From assembly GCF_031769215.1 (NCBI RefSeq), contig NW_026782177.1, forward strand, positions 682,001-746,000: a stretch of DNA of 64,000 nt, in the 5' to 3' direction. The translations under genes and the position numbers were made by a program. The notes beneath the pieces are model-generated. The model was not told the origin of the DNA. It was given only the letters and a program-made list of their open reading frames with translations, and searched no databases. This stretch comes from Ylistrum balloti (taxonomy: Eukaryota). This document shows, piece by piece, positions 60,013-64,000 of this stretch; position 1 is the stretch's first letter, and each line of letters begins with the position of its first letter.

Positions 60013-60639
60013 GCAGTCCACTGTTCAGAGACAGAAATCCTTGTAAATCTGAAAAAAAGTACAAAAACATACGTAACGTAATCAGGGGTGTAGTTTAAAA
60101 TGTACTCTTGAACGTTTTCATTGTATAGCCTTAAATTACTTCATATTATACAATTGAAGGTCAAGAAAGTATGGGTATTGTGGTTAGTTCCAATTCCCAG
60201 TTACCCAGTTATTTGAAGTGCACACCTTCGACTAAACGTGATCGCTTCGATATGGTTAGCGCCGATCTGTGACGTCACAAGTTCAGCGCTGTCAAAACAG
60301 CTCTATAGAAATATACGAGGAAGCTTCCAACTGGCATTGTAACTACTTATGTGATATTTACCACTGACACACTTCTGTAGGTTATATCTGAAGTGCTACA
60401 TACACAAATAGAACTGACTTTTGAGTAGACAAATGATATTAGGTATGCGGATATCTAATCATACGGGCGGATGCCGGGCCCGGATCAGTTTATACGCAGT
60501 TTCCAAGTCCAGTAACAACCTTTTCCTACAATATTCAGCATCTGTACCAATATGTCCCCATCCAAGAGGGATCTCATTCAACACTGTACTTCTTCGTTTT
60601 TCGCAGCTTGGAATCCTTCATCGCCCATTCTCTACAGGA

Positions 60640-61300
60640 TAGAAGTTTCTTTCGTTTTAGTTAACAGGAGCCATGTCGATCGTCCTGTGATGACGTTTAT
60701 CCTAGCCTTCATCACGTGTCTACATAATTTATCTGGTCCAGAGAAAATTCTGGCATTTATCAGGGTCGTAATAAACGTCTCTCAAGTATTTGTCCCGCGT
60801 AGACCCCCTTCTTCATTAACAGTCAAAATCAATATGAGTCTTGTTGCTTGATACTCAGAAATATATTCGTCCTCCTCGTCATCTGACTCGTCCTCTGATT
60901 CTTCGTCTTCCAGCATCTCGTCTAAGATATGGCGGCTCTTTTTGAGCGCCATTTTGATCGCTCTGTGATCCTGGTAACCTTCATGTGTTAATTCTGCCAT
61001 GTCTTTCGTGGATGGATCCGTTTTTAAGCTGGAGAGTGTAATGAAGAATCGCTCCGCAGTTTTCAATGAACTGACCCATATCTTTTACTTTCATTTTCTC
61101 GTTTGCTTCACCATCAGACGTACCTTCATTCACGTATTTCTCGTGTTTTTGTTTCCAATCTGATTCGTTAGCAGAGCTGGGTTTTATTCATCATGAAATC
61201 AAATGCCTCGTGCCCTTCACTATCTGTTTCACGTGACTCCAAACTCTCGTGAGACTGATAAAATTTGTCACTTGTAACTGAGATCTGGGTATCTTTGTCG
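60640..61300 (-). mobile_element. Decayed Polinton/Maverick fragment: accessory acidic protein followed by the N-terminus of the integrase
   Basis: Frameshifted minus-strand peptides EAFDFMMNK / NESDWKQKHEKYVNEG...KMK / LKTDPS..AIKMALKKSRHILDEMLEDEESEDE, then KYLRDVYYDP / SGPDKLCRHV...STWL. The latter resembles the Y.DP...F.G.DKLY.....WL start of Polinton integrases (recognised from memory). Confidence 0.62.
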
Positions 61301-61741
61301 AGGGCTAAGATCCTGTAACATAATCCCAACCGAGGCATTAGCCGATCCTATTTTATCTACAACATCAGGAATATTAACGACATCAAAAATTTTAACAACG
61401 ACATAACCTACGTTTTTTGTTGAAATGCACGGGTGTAGGTGCCACCAACGACTCCACGCGGATGAATTCACCGATGCGTAAAAAAATCCGCGAAAACGCA
61501 CTTAAGGGAACTAGACAAATCAGGCGTGAAGAAAAATCTAGGATAGAGTATTACGTGGGATACCCCTGTCTATGATGAGAAAAAAAAAACATTTCTTGGC
61601 CGCAGGTTCATTTTCATTCTCCGAATTTCTTTGAGGAGAATCGTTTTCGGGACACTAGCTTTTCACGTGACCATGTAAGTCATGGATGTCTTGGGACACG
61701 ATACCACAAGCGTCACAGGCCGACATTTCTTCTGTTTCTTG

Positions 61742-62152
61742 TGGAGTACCTTCGGTATAGTGATGTTCAGGTGTTTCTTGTTGCTGATAACACGGCCGGC
61801 CGCTAGGAGCGCTACTACCGAAATGGAGTACCTCCGGTATAGTGATGTTCAGGTGTTTCTTGTTGCTGATAACACGGTCGGCCGCTAGGAGCGCTGCTTC
61901 CGAAATGGAGTACCTCCGGTATAGTGATGTTCAGGTGTTTCTTGTTGCTGATAACACGGTCGGCCGCTAGGAGCGCTGCTACCGAAATGGAGTACCTCCG
62001 GTATAGTGATGTTCAGGTGTTTCTTGTTGCTGATAACACGGTCGGCCGCTAGGAGCGCTGCTACCGAAATGGAGTACCTCCGGTATAGTGATGTTCAGGT
62101 GTTTCTTGTTGCTGATAACACGGTCGGCCGCTAGGAGCGCTGCTACCGAAAT
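61742..62152. repeat. 82-bp tandem repeat, 5 near-identical copies
   Basis: cggtatagtg recurs at 61753, 61835, 61917, 61999 and 62081. Confidence 0.97.
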
Positions 62153-64000
62153 GATCTTAAATAACAATAAGTAGTTTTATTGAAACGTCGCATTAGATGA
62201 AGGACATGGTCGGGATACATCTGTCGTGCCAAGGTCATGACCTTTTGTTTATCCACTGGGTGGTGGAACATCACTAATTAATGACAGTTTCTTCGTTGTG
62301 TGGGACCTTTGTTGTAATAGAGGTTTTGATTAATGGCAGACACTGACAAACTTCTGTGATGGCTGGTTTCGGTAACTAGCATTGTTGCATTGTTGTTTTA
62401 GATAATATTTAGTATCTTGTATCCTGTCAGGTTTTAGTTTTTGCCCATATTTGTACATGTGTACATGAGGTACATTGTACTGGTGCTAATTGCTCAACTG
62501 AGCTAAAGTTACGTTTTCAAAACATGACTTTAAATTTTTCTAAAAATCTTGTATCTTGTATTTGTTTCCGGTATCCCCTACTAAACTCATGTAAACAATG
62601 CATGCCCATTGAGGTTTATCGTTTGATCATATACACACGTTTAGTCGCTACAGAAAGGATTATAATATACTGTAACGAATGCTTCTTCTTATACTACTGA
62701 TAATTTCGAAGGATAATTAATAGAGTGATTTTTTGTACTCACTAGAAGTAACCTCAGTAGCCAGCTATCACCCATGTTGATTTTATATAGAAATAACACC
62801 ATTAATAGGAAAATCTGCCTCAAGTTCCGCTTCCGAGTACTCGATCGGATTTACTGCAGTTTAAGTCGTTGTCACAGTTTGTACAGAAATAGATCGTTGT
62901 CATAAGTACATCATTTCTATTTTCTTGACTACATAATTCCTACAAACGTGTTTCCCGTTGAATTGTCTTCACTGGCCATTTACTGCAAACAAATGAATAA
63001 TTAATTCGACGCTCAGCAGGCCTTGTTGTTAGAGTTGTTCCCCTTTGCTCTCCGATGTACACTAGCATGTCGATTGAAGGATTTCTTCCACACAAATCAC
63101 AAGTTCGTCAAACTGCGTAAAATAAGGACAGTAAAGTATATTCTGATGGAAATATCAGTGAAGTACTTTAACATATTAGACATTTGATAATACTACATCT
63201 ACAACCCAAATTCATGATGTGTCTACAGAATTGTCCAAACCACTCTGACCTCCAATTATGTCGTTGTCATTAGGATTACTTAGCGATGTCAGGGTTCTAA
63301 CGTAAGGAAATCTAGAAATACAGTTTCACTGCGTCCAATTGGAACTTTAATGTGGACAGCAGGTACGGTTCTACTACCTGAATACAGGACCGTACCACAT
63401 CAACCTCACGGTACCACGGTCTATTACTGACTGGTAAATCTATCACTTTTACGGTAGTTCGAAGCCTGCCTGCATGATGCATGAGACAAATTATAAAAGC
63501 ACCTCTGATAATTTTGTTTTCACGGTGGAGTGTAGGTGTGAACAAATATTGCGCTTTCTATAAAAACGAATTTCAGGAAGCTGAGAAACGGACCGGTCTA
63601 TGATCTCGTGGTTGTGCTCTTAATTTTTGAACAATACACCTTGCCCTGATTGATTTTGATTGGTGGTGTGCGGCGGTCCTTCCGTATGTTGTTCAGTTAT
63701 GTCGCCACCAGCAAACCTTGTCTCACGATGACCAGACTGTTCACCCCTCCCACAAATTACACTACCACTGTTGATAGTTATTTTATGTTTCTTTTTAAGT
63801 ACTGAATTTTTCAAAAATTTTATCCAAAAGGCATTACGTTGTTATTTAATGGTATATTTCTGTAGTAAGTGAGAACTAGTCATAATTATATACTTATAAA
63901 TTAGAAAGTTTTGTCCCAAAAGTTACGGAGGCCTGTCAGAATCCGACAGTACCAACAAAAATCTAGTTTATGACATCAAAGTCACGTGATCTGTTTCTAG

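Noticed and set aside
62800-63814. Several protein-like short frames near the window end (63312-63545, 63620-63814)
   Set aside because: No consistent exon chain or recognisable family could be built by eye.

Overview
AT-rich eukaryotic genomic DNA with spliceosomal introns and two N-gaps (26881-27371, 34466-34596). It is most likely a bivalve mollusc, an inference from the SINE, Penelope-like and Polinton remnants and the receptor types. No prokaryotic features or CRISPR arrays are present. By reading GT-AG junctions and reading phases by hand I assembled five protein-coding genes. (1) A ~16-exon, ~930-aa USP16/45-type deubiquitinase (+, 4027-17665) with an intact Cys/His box. In place of the usual ZnF-UBP it appears to carry an N-terminal hydrophobic leader, a ~125-aa putative luminal region, a transmembrane helix and a 7x12-aa E/K/R helical repeat. 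(2,3) Two tandem intronless, very divergent sex-peptide-receptor-like GPCRs (-, 27556-28566 and 30791-31816), both with Gly at the conserved Arg3.50. (4,5) Two tandem paralogous type I receptors (-, 43377-34961 and 59701-50203) built as signal peptide / 8-Cys CUB-like domain / Thr-Pro mucin stalk / TM / Tyr-motif tail. The second copy has lost the splice donor of its domain exon and sits next to a minisatellite made from an exon-donor junction. The rest comprises roughly 15 kb of unrelated minisatellites, a TIR-bounded MITE, a full-length dead Tc1 element, L1 endonuclease, Penelope-like and Polinton remnants, and several tRNA-derived SINEs. All family assignments come from motif recognition; no database search was run.
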